Shown here: positions 1 through 9,676 of the stretch, one piece after another
Layout of the letters: each line of letters opens with the position of its first letter
How positions within the stretch are numbered: position 1 is the stretch's first letter
From: Alphaproteobacteria bacterium
GTDB lineage: Bacteria > Pseudomonadota > Alphaproteobacteria > Bin95
DNA length: 56,109 nucleotides
Assembly: GCA_026710105.1 (NCBI GenBank)
Contig: JAPORR010000018.1
Location: forward strand, 1 to 56,109
Direction: 5' to 3'
Made by a program: the position numbers and the translations under genes
The notes under the pieces: model-generated
Seen by the model: only the letters and a program-made list of their open reading frames with translations
Database searches by the model: none
Told to the model about the DNA's origin: nothing

Positions 1-144
1 GCCTGGAACAATCTTGTCTCACAGAGCATAACCTCCATCGGGACACGAAAATGGGCCAATGAGTTCTAAATTGTGCCCTCTGGTATCAGACGTTCCCGCG
101 CAGCGGGTGCGATACCGGCGGCATGTCGATTCGCAAACGCATGC

Positions 145-429
145 AGGCCCGCTAGCCGGCGGAAGCCGAGATAGTGGTGCCTGTCCATCAGCGCGTCGCA
201 GAGCAGGCGTTCCTCCGGCGTCGCGAACCTCGACCTCGGACAGAGAGAAGCCCTCGGCAACTTCCCGATGGACCGGACAGGATTCCATACGCTTGCGAAA
301 TGCCGGGAGCGGCGCACAACCAGCGGGGGAACGTCAGCGGAAACTGCCAGCCGCGCCGAAACGCGCACACAACGCATGCATGCCCGACGTCAAACAGAAT
401 CAAACGAAATCAAACGTGGGAAACTCCTG
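145..429 (-). mobile_element. Degenerate left end of a DUF4338-encoding IS-like element (ISAs1/IS4-associated type), frameshifted and truncated
   Basis: ATG at 288 gives MESCPVHREVAEGFSLSEVEVR, then a frameshift (~222) to TPEERLLCDALMDRHHYLGFRRLAG, the HHYLG motif of DUF4338. Putative terminus CAGGAGTTTCCCACG starts at 429 on the minus strand. Confidence 0.6.
390..424. repeat. Three TCAAAC direct repeats at exact 10-bp period, plus a partial fourth (GAAAC)
   Basis: TCAAAC at 390, 400 and 410; GAAAC at 420. Confidence 0.85.
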
Positions 430-526
430 CCCGGGCGGCTTGTGTCGTGGCGTGGCGCCCAGCTATGGTCGGTGGTGGGCGCGGGCCGGCGGACGGATCC
501 TGGCGCAGTTCAAGAGGGAGGCCCAC

Positions 527-1231
527 ATGGCCGAGACCATCACCATCCAGGCGAGCGACGGCTCGGGAACATTCACCGCCTATTGCGCCATACCGGGCTC
601 GGGCTCGGGACCGGGCGTGCTTTGCATCCAGGAGATCTTCGGCGTCAACCACGCCATGCGCGACATCGCCAATTACTGGGCGAGCCAGGGCTATATCGCC
701 GTCGCACCCGACCTCTTCTGGCGCCAGGAGCCGGGCGTGGACATCACCGACCAGACGGAAGAGGAATGGGCAAAGGCCTTCGAACTCTATCAGGGCTTCG
801 ATGCGGACAAGGGCATTGAGGACCTGAAGGCGACCGCCGCCCATATGCGCGCCCTGGCGGGCTGCAACGGCAAGGTCGGGACGGTCGGCTTCTGCCTCGG
901 TGGCAAGCTCGCCTATATGCTGGCCTGCCGGGCGGATCTCGATGCCAATGTCGGCTATTACGGCGTCGGCATTGAGGACATGCTGGACGAGGCGGCACAC
1001 ATTTCTGCGCCGCTCATGCTGCATATCGCGGAGGAAGACGGCTTCGTGACAAAAGAAGCGCAGGCGGCGGTCCGGCAGGGGCTCGCCGGCAACGCCCATG
1101 CAGAACTGCATTCCTATCCGGGCATGGACCACGCCTTTGCGCGCATCGGCGGCAAGCCCTATGACGAGGAGAACGCCGCGCTTGCCAACGGGCGCACGGC
1201 CACGCTGTTCGAACGGGTGCTGAAAGGCTGA
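527..1231 (+). CDS. Dienelactone hydrolase family protein
   Basis: IQEIFGVN, nucleophile motif GFCLGG, C-terminal HAF; GAGGGAGG RBS before ATG 527. Confidence 0.93.
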   Translation: MAETITIQASDGSGTFTAYCAIPGSGSGPGVLCIQEIFGVNHAMRDIANYWASQGYIAVAPDLFWRQEPGVDITDQTEEEWAKAFELYQGFDADKGIEDLKATAAHMRALAGCNGKVGTVGFCLGGKLAYMLACRADLDANVGYYGVGIEDMLDEAAHISAPLMLHIAEEDGFVTKEAQAAVRQGLAGNAHAELHSYPGMDHAFARIGGKPYDEENAALANGRTATLFERVLKG

Positions 1232-3057
1232 CGCACCCGGAAGACGCACAGCACCACCCGCTGGAAATTCTTCGGCGGGTCTTCGGCTACGAAGCGTTTC
1301 GCGGCCACCAGCAGGCGGCTGTCGACGCCGTGGTCCGGGGCGAGGACGTACTGGTGCTGATGCCGACGGGTGCCGGCAAGTCACTCTGCTACCAGGTGCC
1401 GGCGCTGATCCGGCCGGGCGTCGCGGTCGTCATCTCGCCGCTGATCGCGCTGATGCAGGACCAGGTGGCTGCGCTCGCCCAGAACGGCGTGCAGGCAGCA
1501 GGGCTAAACTCGACGACGGATGGGCGGGAGCGTGTGCGCATCGAGCGGGCGATGAGCGAGGGCCGGCTTAACCTCGTCTATGTGGCACCCGAACGTTTCG
1601 CCGCGCCAGGCTTCCTCGACCTGCTTGCGCGGACGCCGCTCGCGCTGTTCGCCATCGACGAAGCGCATTGCGTCAGCCAATGGGGCCACGACTTCCGCCC
1701 GGACTATCGGCGGCTGGCCGTGCTCGCCGAGCGCTTCCCTGGCGTGCCCCGCATCGCACTCACCGCGACCGCTGACGCCGAGACCCGCGCCGACATCGCC
1801 CGCGAGCTCCGGTTGGAGGGCGCACGGTGCCTCGTCTCCGGCTTCGACCGGCCCAATATCCGCTACCGGGTCACCCCACGCCACCAACGCATTCCTCAAT
1901 TGCTGGCCTATCTGGCGGAACGGCCGGGAGAGGCTGGCATCGTCTATTGCATGACACGCGCGCGGGTCGAGCAGGTGGCGGAGGCGTTAAACCAGGCCGG
2001 CGTGCCGGCGCTCGCCTATCATGCGGGGGTGGAGGGGAGCGAACGCGCGGCGCGGCAGGCCCGCTTCGTCGCCTCGGACAATGCCGTGATGGTGGCAACA
2101 GTTGCTTTCGGCATGGGCATCGACAAGCCGGATGTGCGCTTCGTCGCCCATCTTGACCTACCGAAGAGCCTTGAAGCCTATTACCAGGAAACCGGCCGAG
2201 CCGGGCGGGACGGCCTGCCAGCCGAAGCCTGGATGCTCTACGATCCCAACGACCGGGTGCAATTGGGGCGTTTCATCGAGACCTCGGAGGCTTCAGAAGA
2301 GCAGAAACATATCGAGCGGGCCAAGCTGGAGGCGCTGGTGGGCTATGCCGAGGCGGCGACGTGCCGGCGGCAAACCCTGCTGACCTATTTCGGCGGCCAC
2401 TGCGAGCCTTGCGGCAATTGCGATATCTGCCTCGACCCGCCCGAGACATTTGACGGCACAGAGGCGGCGCAGATGGCGCTCTCAGCGATCTACCGCACCG
2501 GCCAGCGCTTCGGCGGCGGGCATATCATCGATGTGCTGCGCGGGCGCCACACAGACCGCATCCTGCGGCTTCGCCATGACCAGCTGCCGACCTTCGGCGT
2601 CGGTAGCGACCGGAGTGCAACGGAATGGCGTTCGATCCTCAGGCAGTTGACGGCGACTACGCTTGTGGTGCCGGAGCGACTGGAAGGGTTCACCGTGTTG
2701 CAGCTGGGGCCGGAAGCACGTGCCGTGCTGCGCGGCGAGCGGACGGTGCCATTGCGCCGCGAGCGCAGGCCGGCAACCCGGCTGCCCAAGGAACGCCGGA
2801 GCGCCGCACCGGCAATTACCGACAAGGCTGGCTTCGAAAGCCTCCGCGCGCGGCGCCGCGAGCTGGCCTCGGAACAAGGCGTGCCGCCCTATGTCGTCTT
2901 CCATGACAGCGTCCTCGCCGCGATGCTCGACCATCGCCCGACCAGTCTCGCCGAGATGGCCGACATCCCCGGCATCGGCGCCACGAAGCTGCGCCGCTAC
3001 GGACCGGCGTTTCTGGAAGCGATCGCGGCATTGTCCGCGAACGGCCGCGAAGAATAG
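1228..3057 (+). CDS. recQ: ATP-dependent DNA helicase RecQ (start uncertain: CTG 1228 or 1261; first GTG 1330)
   Basis: MPTGAGKS, DEAHCVSQWGHDFRP, YYQETGRAGRDG, Zn-binding CRR...CGNCDIC, RQC and HRDC (VPPYVVFHD) regions. Confidence 0.95.
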   Translation: MTHPEDAQHHPLEILRRVFGYEAFRGHQQAAVDAVVRGEDVLVLMPTGAGKSLCYQVPALIRPGVAVVISPLIALMQDQVAALAQNGVQAAGLNSTTDGRERVRIERAMSEGRLNLVYVAPERFAAPGFLDLLARTPLALFAIDEAHCVSQWGHDFRPDYRRLAVLAERFPGVPRIALTATADAETRADIARELRLEGARCLVSGFDRPNIRYRVTPRHQRIPQLLAYLAERPGEAGIVYCMTRARVEQVAEALNQAGVPALAYHAGVEGSERAARQARFVASDNAVMVATVAFGMGIDKPDVRFVAHLDLPKSLEAYYQETGRAGRDGLPAEAWMLYDPNDRVQLGRFIETSEASEEQKHIERAKLEALVGYAEAATCRRQTLLTYFGGHCEPCGNCDICLDPPETFDGTEAAQMALSAIYRTGQRFGGGHIIDVLRGRHTDRILRLRHDQLPTFGVGSDRSATEWRSILRQLTATTLVVPERLEGFTVLQLGPEARAVLRGERTVPLRRERRPATRLPKERRSAAPAITDKAGFESLRARRRELASEQGVPPYVVFHDSVLAAMLDHRPTSLAEMADIPGIGATKLRRYGPAFLEAIAALSANGREE

Positions 3058-3092
3058 ATCAGGCCTGGAAACTAAAGACTACCTTTGGCCGG

Positions 3093-3596
3093 TCAGTCTG
3101 TATTGATGAGGCGCTGGTCGCTCTCATTGAAAAAGAACTCGGCAAGGTTGTCACCCGGGCCACCTCGGTCGATGACGAGGAAATCGGTTTCGCGGCGAAG
3201 CGCGATGACAGGGTGGTGCCAGACGCCTGACGCGTAATTGACACCCTGCCCTGCCCTGGCGAGGAAAGCGCGGAGATCCTCCGACAGGACGATGTCTCCG
3301 GGCGGCGCCACGACGACGAGGAAAGGCACGGCCTCCAGCGGTATGAAGGCCTGCGAGCCAAGCGGGTGTTTCTCCACCATGGCGACGGTGAGCGGCATGG
3401 GCAGCGGCCGGGCACGGAAAATGTTGACCAGCGCATGCCCTCCCCCTGCCGCGACATCGATGCGAGCGAGATCGTGGAAGCGGGTCGTCGAACCGTTATT
3501 GATCTCGAATTGCGTCGCGCCCCCGGTCTCGATCACATCGCCGAAGGGCCGAAAGGCGGGGCGCGTCAACGGTTTGATTTCGAGGATTGTGTTCAT
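3093..3596 (-). CDS. allA: Ureidoglycolate lyase
   Basis: [44 protein letters not shown] motifs. Confidence 0.92.
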   Translation of the reverse strand: MNTILEIKPLTRPAFRPFGDVIETGGATQFEINNGSTTRFHDLARIDVAAGGGHALVNIFRARPLPMPLTVAMVEKHPLGSQAFIPLEAVPFLVVVAPPGDIVLSEDLRAFLARAGQGVNYASGVWHHPVIALRRETDFLVIDRGGPGDNLAEFFFNESDQRLINTD

Positions 3597-3611
3597 CCGG
3601 CACTCACCCGC

Positions 3612-4217
3612 TCAGAGTGCAATGGCGGCGTGAAACTCGCGGCCACGGTCCTCCAGCCATTCCCAGAAGGAGCGGGCATGGCTACGTGGGACATGCAGCT
3701 CGAACGCGTCTACCGCCTGGCGGTGGATGAGCGCCTGGGTGTTGCCGACGCGGGTGCGGACTGACTGCCCCGGGGGAAAAGCCGTCGGGTCGAAGTCGAT
3801 GCCGGTGCCGGTCGCGAGCAGATCGGTGGCCCGTTCGCCGGCGACAGCGATGACGGTCGTGGCGGAGGAGACATTCACCAGCGCGCCAGGCCCGCCGGCG
3901 CGCGCGAGTTCAGAGGCGAGGCGGGCGGCGAACTGGCCACCGTCCGCAAGCGGCACGATGAGACGCCATTCGTCGGGGCCCAAGCGGATGAGCAGTGCGT
4001 CAGATCCGACGGCGGCGGCCGGTTCCTGCGGCAGGCCGATACCCAGGGCCGCCTCGACGGCCCGCGCGAACGCCGCGTCGTCCGCCTGGCCGCGCAGGAT
4101 GAAGCTCTCCCGCGCCGCGCCCTCACTCAGCAGCACACCACCCGCCCCGCCGGCGCGCGAGCCAAGATCGAGCCCGGCAAGAGGGCTCCTCCGGATGTCG
4201 GAGAGGTCATCAGCCAT
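3612..4217 (-). CDS. soxG: Sarcosine oxidase subunit gamma family
   Basis: LGPDEW and PRSHARSFWEWL motifs; directly follows soxA. Confidence 0.85.
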   Translation of the reverse strand: MADDLSDIRRSPLAGLDLGSRAGGAGGVLLSEGAARESFILRGQADDAAFARAVEAALGIGLPQEPAAAVGSDALLIRLGPDEWRLIVPLADGGQFAARLASELARAGGPGALVNVSSATTVIAVAGERATDLLATGTGIDFDPTAFPPGQSVRTRVGNTQALIHRQAVDAFELHVPRSHARSFWEWLEDRGREFHAAIAL

Positions 4218-7158
4218 GCAGGCGCGTTCCTTGCGCGTCGTAAAAGACGGGCGGCACGACTTCTGCCGCCATGGAGAGACCGGTCATGGGCGAAGTGATA
4301 TGGACAGTCTGGCCGGTCCGCGCCCGCCCGTTCTCGACGAGCGCGAGCGCGATGGCACGGCCAAACGTCGGACTGTAGCAGAAGGACGTGATATGGCCGA
4401 GCGGCGGCGCCGGCTTCATGTCACTGCTTTCCGCCACCTGGCAGCCGGGAGGGATACGGGCTTGCGTGTCGATGACTGAAAGGCCAACAAGCTGCCGGCG
4501 GCCCTTCTGGCGAAGCGCCGGCAAGTCGAGTGAGCGTTTGCCGACTCCGCGCTTGTCGGCGCTCACCATGCGCCCGAGTCCAAGGTCGTCCGGCGTCGTG
4601 CGCCCGTCGGCCTCGGCATGGGTCACATGTCCCTTCTCGATACGCATAACACCCATCGCCTCGGTGCCATAGGGCGTAAGGTCATCTTCCCGCCCCTCGC
4701 TCAGCAGCCGCGTCCAGAGCGCCAGCCCATGGTCGGCGGGCACGGCGATCTCATAGGAAAGTTCGCCTGAATAGCTCATTCGGAAGACGAGTGCCGAAAG
4801 GCCTGCGACAGTCGCCGCGCGCACCGCCATCATCGGAAAAGCAGCGTCCGAGAGGTCGAGCTCCGGCGCGGCGCGGCCGAGCAGTGCCCGCGAACCAGGG
4901 CCAGCAAGGGCGGCAGCGAACCAGTGTTCGGTGACATCGCTCGCATAGACCTCCAGCTCCGGCCAGACGGTCTGGAGCAGGAATTCTATATGCTGCATGA
5001 CGGCATGCTGATGGGCGGTCGTGGTCGTCAGGTAGAAATGGTGTTCACCGAGCCGCATGATGACGCCATCATCAAACACGCGCCCGTCCTCGCGCAACAT
5101 CAACCCGTAGCGGCCGCGCCCGATCCCGAGGGTCGATATCCGGTTCGCATAGATGAGGTCGAGGAAAACCCGGGCGTCCCGCCCCTGAATATCAACCTTG
5201 CCGAGCGTGCCGACATCCACGATGCCAACCCCGCCCCGGGTCTCGCGGACTTCCGCCTCAATAGTCTCCACCTCCTCCATACCGTCGCGCGGATAGTAGC
5301 GTGGTCGGCGCCAGAGACCGGCGGCGGTGAAGACGGCCCCTTGAGCCTCGTGCCAGTCGTCGGCCGCCGTGCGGCGCAGGGCATCCCGCCCTTCGCCGAC
5401 CAGGCCCGCAGCCATCGCCGCTATCGGCACTGGCGTATAGGGCGGGCGGAAGGTCGTCGTCCCTGTGCGGGCGACAGGCCGGCCGAGAGCTTCGGACAGC
5501 AAGACAAGGCCAGCCATGCTGGAGGTCTTGCCCTGATCCGTGCCCATGCCGAGCGCCGTATAGCGCTTCACATGTTCGACCGACTGGTAACCCTCGCGGG
5601 CAGCGAGTTCTATATCAGCCGCGGTCACATCATATTGGAGATCGACGAAGCGCTTGCCAGGACCCACCTGCCAGGACACGGGCGCATCACCGGCGCTGCG
5701 GTTGGGAGAGCGCGGCGGCGGGCCGACAGGCCGTTCATGCCCCGAGGACGTCGCAGCGGCGAGGCCGGCGGCCCAGCCCTCGGCGAGGCAGCCATCAAGG
5801 TCGAAGCGTCCGGCCGCCGCCCCGGCGCTGCGATTTACACCGCCCGCCCGGCCCGGCAGAATCAACCCGCGCTCCTCATCATAGTCGAGACTGCCGCGCG
5901 CCTGGGCATGTAGATGCAAGGTCGGGCTCCAACCGCCAGCCATGGCTACAAAATCACAGGCGATCCGCTCACCCTTGTCTTCTGGTTTGCCGTCCGCCCG
6001 GCGCAGCAGCACGCCGCGCACCCGGCGGCTTCCAACCGCCCGCTCGACGACCCAGCCCATACGGCAGGGCAGGTCCGGTACGCCGCCACCGGACCGGCTA
6101 TCGGCCACGGCGGCAATAGCGACACCTGCGCCCCGCAACAATCGCGCCACCGCGTAAATGCTGTCGTTATTGCCAGCAACGACGACCTGCCGCCCGGCCA
6201 GCACGCCATAGGCATGGGCGTAGCCGGCGGCTGCGGACGCCGACATGACGCCCGGTCGGTCGTTGCCGTCGAAGAGTAATGGGCGCTCATGCGCGCCGGC
6301 GGCGAGTACCACATCTCGCGCCCGCACGAACCAGAGCCGCACAGCCGGCGTGCTGGGCTCCACATCGTCATCAGGCCGTTCGGCGACTGTCAGCAGGTTG
6401 TGGTCGTAATAGCCGGTGACTGTGGCGCGGCGAAGCAGACAAACATGGCTCATCGTCTCCAGTTCGGCGATGGCGGTGTCGATCCAGGCGAGCCCGTCAC
6501 CCTCCTCGATTTCCCCCGGCATGCGCAGCAGGGCACCACCGAAACGGACATTCTCGTCGGCGAGCACGACCCGTGCCCCGGCACGCGCCGCCGCCAGCGC
6601 CGCCGCCACACCCGCCGGACCACCGCCCGCCACCAGCACATCAGCATGGATGCGACGCTTGGCGTAGAAGGCGTCGTCAGGGGCTGCTGGTGCAGGTCCG
6701 AAACCCGCCATACGACGGATCAATGGCTCATAAAGCGCCGACCATCCGCGTGTCGGGGCCATAAAGGTCTTATAGTAGAAGCCTGCCGGCATGAGCCTGC
6801 CAGCCAGGCCGACAGCGCCACCCATATCCCAGGCAACCGAAGGCCAGGCATTCTGCCCGAAAGCCTCAAGGCCATCCGAAAGCAAAATCTCGGTCGCTTT
6901 GAGATTCGCTCGGGCGTCCTCCCGGATACCCGTGGTGACCATCGCGTTCGGTTCCTCCGAACCGAAGCCCCAGACACCGCGCGGGCGATGGTATTTGAAA
7001 CTCCGAGCCACGATGCGCACACCTGCCGCCAGCAGCCCGGAAGCCAGACTATCGCCCTGGTAGCCTTCATAGCGATGACCGTCGAAGTCGAAGCGCAGCG
7101 GCTCCGAGCGGTCGACCAGATGGCCGCCTTCCGCAGCCCGGAAAGGCTGGCGCCTCAT
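4210..7158 (-). CDS. soxA: Sarcosine oxidase subunit alpha family
   Basis: RSFKYHRPRG, GGGPAG dinucleotide fold, KRYTALGMGTDQGKTS, TTFRPPYTP, C-terminal GcvT-like folate domain. Confidence 0.93.
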   Translation of the reverse strand: MRRQPFRAAEGGHLVDRSEPLRFDFDGHRYEGYQGDSLASGLLAAGVRIVARSFKYHRPRGVWGFGSEEPNAMVTTGIREDARANLKATEILLSDGLEAFGQNAWPSVAWDMGGAVGLAGRLMPAGFYYKTFMAPTRGWSALYEPLIRRMAGFGPAPAAPDDAFYAKRRIHADVLVAGGGPAGVAAALAAARAGARVVLADENVRFGGALLRMPGEIEEGDGLAWIDTAIAELETMSHVCLLRRATVTGYYDHNLLTVAERPDDDVEPSTPAVRLWFVRARDVVLAAGAHERPLLFDGNDRPGVMSASAAAGYAHAYGVLAGRQVVVAGNNDSIYAVARLLRGAGVAIAAVADSRSGGGVPDLPCRMGWVVERAVGSRRVRGVLLRRADGKPEDKGERIACDFVAMAGGWSPTLHLHAQARGSLDYDEERGLILPGRAGGVNRSAGAAAGRFDLDGCLAEGWAAGLAAATSSGHERPVGPPPRSPNRSAGDAPVSWQVGPGKRFVDLQYDVTAADIELAAREGYQSVEHVKRYTALGMGTDQGKTSSMAGLVLLSEALGRPVARTGTTTFRPPYTPVPIAAMAAGLVGEGRDALRRTAADDWHEAQGAVFTAAGLWRRPRYYPRDGMEEVETIEAEVRETRGGVGIVDVGTLGKVDIQGRDARVFLDLIYANRISTLGIGRGRYGLMLREDGRVFDDGVIMRLGEHHFYLTTTTAHQHAVMQHIEFLLQTVWPELEVYASDVTEHWFAAALAGPGSRALLGRAAPELDLSDAAFPMMAVRAATVAGLSALVFRMSYSGELSYEIAVPADHGLALWTRLLSEGREDDLTPYGTEAMGVMRIEKGHVTHAEADGRTTPDDLGLGRMVSADKRGVGKRSLDLPALRQKGRRQLVGLSVIDTQARIPPGCQVAESSDMKPAPPLGHITSFCYSPTFGRAIALALVENGRARTGQTVHITSPMTGLSMAAEVVPPVFYDAQGTRLHG

Positions 7159-7415
7159 GACCGGCTCAACCGCACCGCGCCGAGTTCGTGGGTGCGGGTA
7201 TCGCGCTCGATTGTAATCCAGCGCTGGCAGCCGTCGCGGTGGAACCAGAGCTCACGATGCATCCCCTGCGGATTGTCGCGAAAGCAGAGATAGTCCGTCC
7301 AGGCCTCGTCAGTCGTTGTCTCTGGATTCCTAGGGCGCTCGACTCCGGCGTCACCGCCATAGACAAACTCCGTTTCGTCACGCGCGCCGCAGAAGGGGCA
7401 GGGTATCAGGAGCAT
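7155..7415 (-). CDS. soxD: Sarcosine oxidase subunit delta
   Basis: MLLIPCPFCGARDETEF...WFHRDGC...RDTRTHE Zn-binding motif; ATG 7415. Confidence 0.93.
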   Translation of the reverse strand: MLLIPCPFCGARDETEFVYGGDAGVERPRNPETTTDEAWTDYLCFRDNPQGMHRELWFHRDGCQRWITIERDTRTHELGAVRLSRS

Positions 7416-7428
7416 GGGTCGGGTCTCT

Positions 7429-8685
7429 TTAATGCGCGGCCGCCACCGGGCCAGCACCGTTTTCGTTCAGCATCGCTCCAGTGCGGAAGCGTTCGAGCGA
7501 GAATGGTGCGTTCAACTCATGAGGGGCATCGTTGGCGAGCGTCCAGGCGAGGCACCAGCCAGAGGCGGGGGTGGCCTTGAAACCGCCATAGCACCAGCCC
7601 CCAGTCATAGCGAGGCCGTCCACCGGCAGCTTGGCGATGATGGGACTACCGTCCATGCTCATGTCCATGACACCCGCCCAGTGACGAAGTTGGCGCAAGC
7701 GCGAGATGCGCGGGAAATACTCCGAGGCTGCCGACAAAATGTCCTCCAACCGCGCGGGACTGCCGCGCTGCGACCAGGAATTGTAACCGTCGAGGCTGCC
7801 ACCAATCAGCACTTCGCCCTTGTCCGTTTGGCTGATATAGGCGTGCGTTGCGGCAATCGAGACGACCGTGTCGATAAAGGGTTTCACCGGCTCGGAAACC
7901 GTTGCAGTCAGCAAATGTGTTTCGATGGGCAGGCGAATGCCCGCCATCTGCGCCAGCTGCGAGGAATGCCCGGCGACGGCGAGACCGATGCGGCCGGCGC
8001 CGATGGGGCCGCGGCTCGTCTGCAGCCCCGTGACCCTACCACCCTGCATGTCTATGCCGGTCACCTCACAGTCCTGGATGATATCGACGCCGAGCGCATC
8101 GGCGGCACGCGCATAGCCCCAGGCGACTGCGTCGTGGCGGGCGACGCCGCCACGCGGTTGCATCACGCCGCCCACGATGGGATGGCGCAAGTCCGGCGAG
8201 AGGTTGAGCGCGGGCACAAGCCGGGTCAGGTCGGCACGGGTCAGCAATTCCGCGTCGATGCCGGCATACCGCATACCGTTGTGTCGACGCACCCAGTAGT
8301 CGCGCTGGGCGTCGGTGTGAAAGACGTTGATCACGCCGCGCGGCGAGAACATCACATTGTAGTTGAGATCCCGGCTCAGCCCTTCCCAGAGCTTGAGCGA
8401 ATGTTCGTAGAAGCGCTGGTTCTCGGGCAGCAGGTAGTTGGACCGCACGATGGTGGTATTGCGCCCGGTATTGCCGCCACCGATCCAGCCGCGCTCCAAC
8501 ACTGCGATATTGGAGATGCCGTGGTTGCGGGCGAGATAGTAGGCCGTCGCGAGGCCATGGCCACCGCCGCCGACGATGACGATGTCATAGGAGGATTTCG
8601 GCTCCGGCGCGCGCCAAGCCGGCTCCCAGTCCTGGTGCCCAGAGAGCGCACCCTTCAGGAGCGAAAAGATCGAGTAGCGTTGCAT
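7429..8685 (-). CDS. soxB: Sarcosine oxidase subunit beta
   Basis: RYSIFSL N-terminus, [40 protein letters not shown]. Confidence 0.95.
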   Translation of the reverse strand: MQRYSIFSLLKGALSGHQDWEPAWRAPEPKSSYDIVIVGGGGHGLATAYYLARNHGISNIAVLERGWIGGGNTGRNTTIVRSNYLLPENQRFYEHSLKLWEGLSRDLNYNVMFSPRGVINVFHTDAQRDYWVRRHNGMRYAGIDAELLTRADLTRLVPALNLSPDLRHPIVGGVMQPRGGVARHDAVAWGYARAADALGVDIIQDCEVTGIDMQGGRVTGLQTSRGPIGAGRIGLAVAGHSSQLAQMAGIRLPIETHLLTATVSEPVKPFIDTVVSIAATHAYISQTDKGEVLIGGSLDGYNSWSQRGSPARLEDILSAASEYFPRISRLRQLRHWAGVMDMSMDGSPIIAKLPVDGLAMTGGWCYGGFKATPASGWCLAWTLANDAPHELNAPFSLERFRTGAMLNENGAGPVAAAH

Positions 8686-8692
8686 TGAGGCT

Positions 8693-8698
8693 ATTCTA
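8693..8698 (-). promoter_or_regulatory. Putative -10 element (TAGAAT) for a leaderless sox operon transcript
   Basis: TAGAAT lies 7 nt upstream of the soxB ATG; no Shine-Dalgarno sequence. Confidence 0.5.
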
Positions 8699-8809
8699 GC
8701 CCGGATTTCTGGCAGCGGTCATGGCCTCGGGCCGGTTGACCTCGGAAGAGCCGGCCGCCAGATTGCGACTTCCCCTAAGTCTGCGACAATGGAGGCAGAA
8801 ACGCGCCCG

Positions 8810-9586
8810 ATGAGCTACGAACACATTCTGGTCGAAACCCGGGGAGCGGTTGGCATTGCCACGCTGAACCGCCCGACGGCGCTCAACGCACTCTGCGCGA
8901 AGCTGATTTCCGAACTGGCCGAGGCACTCGACGCCTTCGAGACCGATGATGCTATCGGCTGCGTCATCGTGACAGGCTCCGACAGGGCTTTCGCCGCCGG
9001 AGCCGACATCAAGGAAATGCAGCCCAAGACCTATATGGACGTCTATCTGGAAGACTTCATTACGGTCGGTTGGGAACGGGTGACGAGTTGCCGCAAGCCG
9101 GTGGTCGCCGCGGTGGCAGGCTATGCGCTGGGTGGCGGCTGCGAGATGGCGTTGATGTGCGATTTCATCATTGCCGCCGATACGGCGCGGTTCGGCCAGC
9201 CGGAAATCAATCTCGGCACTCTGCCGGGCGGCGGCGGCACGCAACGCCTTGCACGCTTCGTGGGCAAGGCGAAGGCTATGGATATGTGTCTGACCGGGCG
9301 GATGATGGATGCGGTTGAAGCCGAGCGCGCAGGCCTTGTCAGCCGTGTGGTGCCGGCCGACAAACTGATCGACACAGCGGTCGAGGTCGCGGCATCCATC
9401 GCAGCGAAGTCGCGCCCGGCTACGATGATTACCAAGGAATGCGTCAACCGCGCCTTCGAGGTGCCGCTCGCCGAAGGCGTGCGTTTCGAGCGGCGGATGT
9501 TTCACTCTACCTTCGCGACCCAGGACCAGAAAGAAGGCATGGCCGCCTTCATCGAAAAGCGTGAACCCGCCTTCAAGGGACGGTAA
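8810..9586 (+). CDS. Enoyl-CoA hydratase (crotonase family)
   Basis: [30 protein letters not shown]; GGAGG upstream of ATG 8810. Confidence 0.95.
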   Translation: MSYEHILVETRGAVGIATLNRPTALNALCAKLISELAEALDAFETDDAIGCVIVTGSDRAFAAGADIKEMQPKTYMDVYLEDFITVGWERVTSCRKPVVAAVAGYALGGGCEMALMCDFIIAADTARFGQPEINLGTLPGGGGTQRLARFVGKAKAMDMCLTGRMMDAVEAERAGLVSRVVPADKLIDTAVEVAASIAAKSRPATMITKECVNRAFEVPLAEGVRFERRMFHSTFATQDQKEGMAAFIEKREPAFKGR

Positions 9587-9676
9587 GGGCAAACAACCGG
9601 TCCTTACCCATATGCGGCGACGGCATGTTGAAGGCCTCATGCGCTGCCAGCACCGCCCGCGGTCTGAGCGGCACTG

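Noticed and set aside
1-81. Possible IS terminus (GAGGGCACAATTTAGAACTCA on the minus strand) running out of the window
   Set aside because: No partner IR or transposase is visible in the window, so it cannot be supported.
59-526. 156-aa N-terminal extension of the first dienelactone hydrolase
   Set aside because: Runs through IS debris; a strong RBS and family homology start at ATG 527.
7414-8688. Long antisense ORFs (e.g. 424 aa opposite soxB, 487 aa opposite secA, 362 aa opposite gcvPB)
   Set aside because: Shadow ORFs expected from high-GC codon bias; no recognisable motifs.
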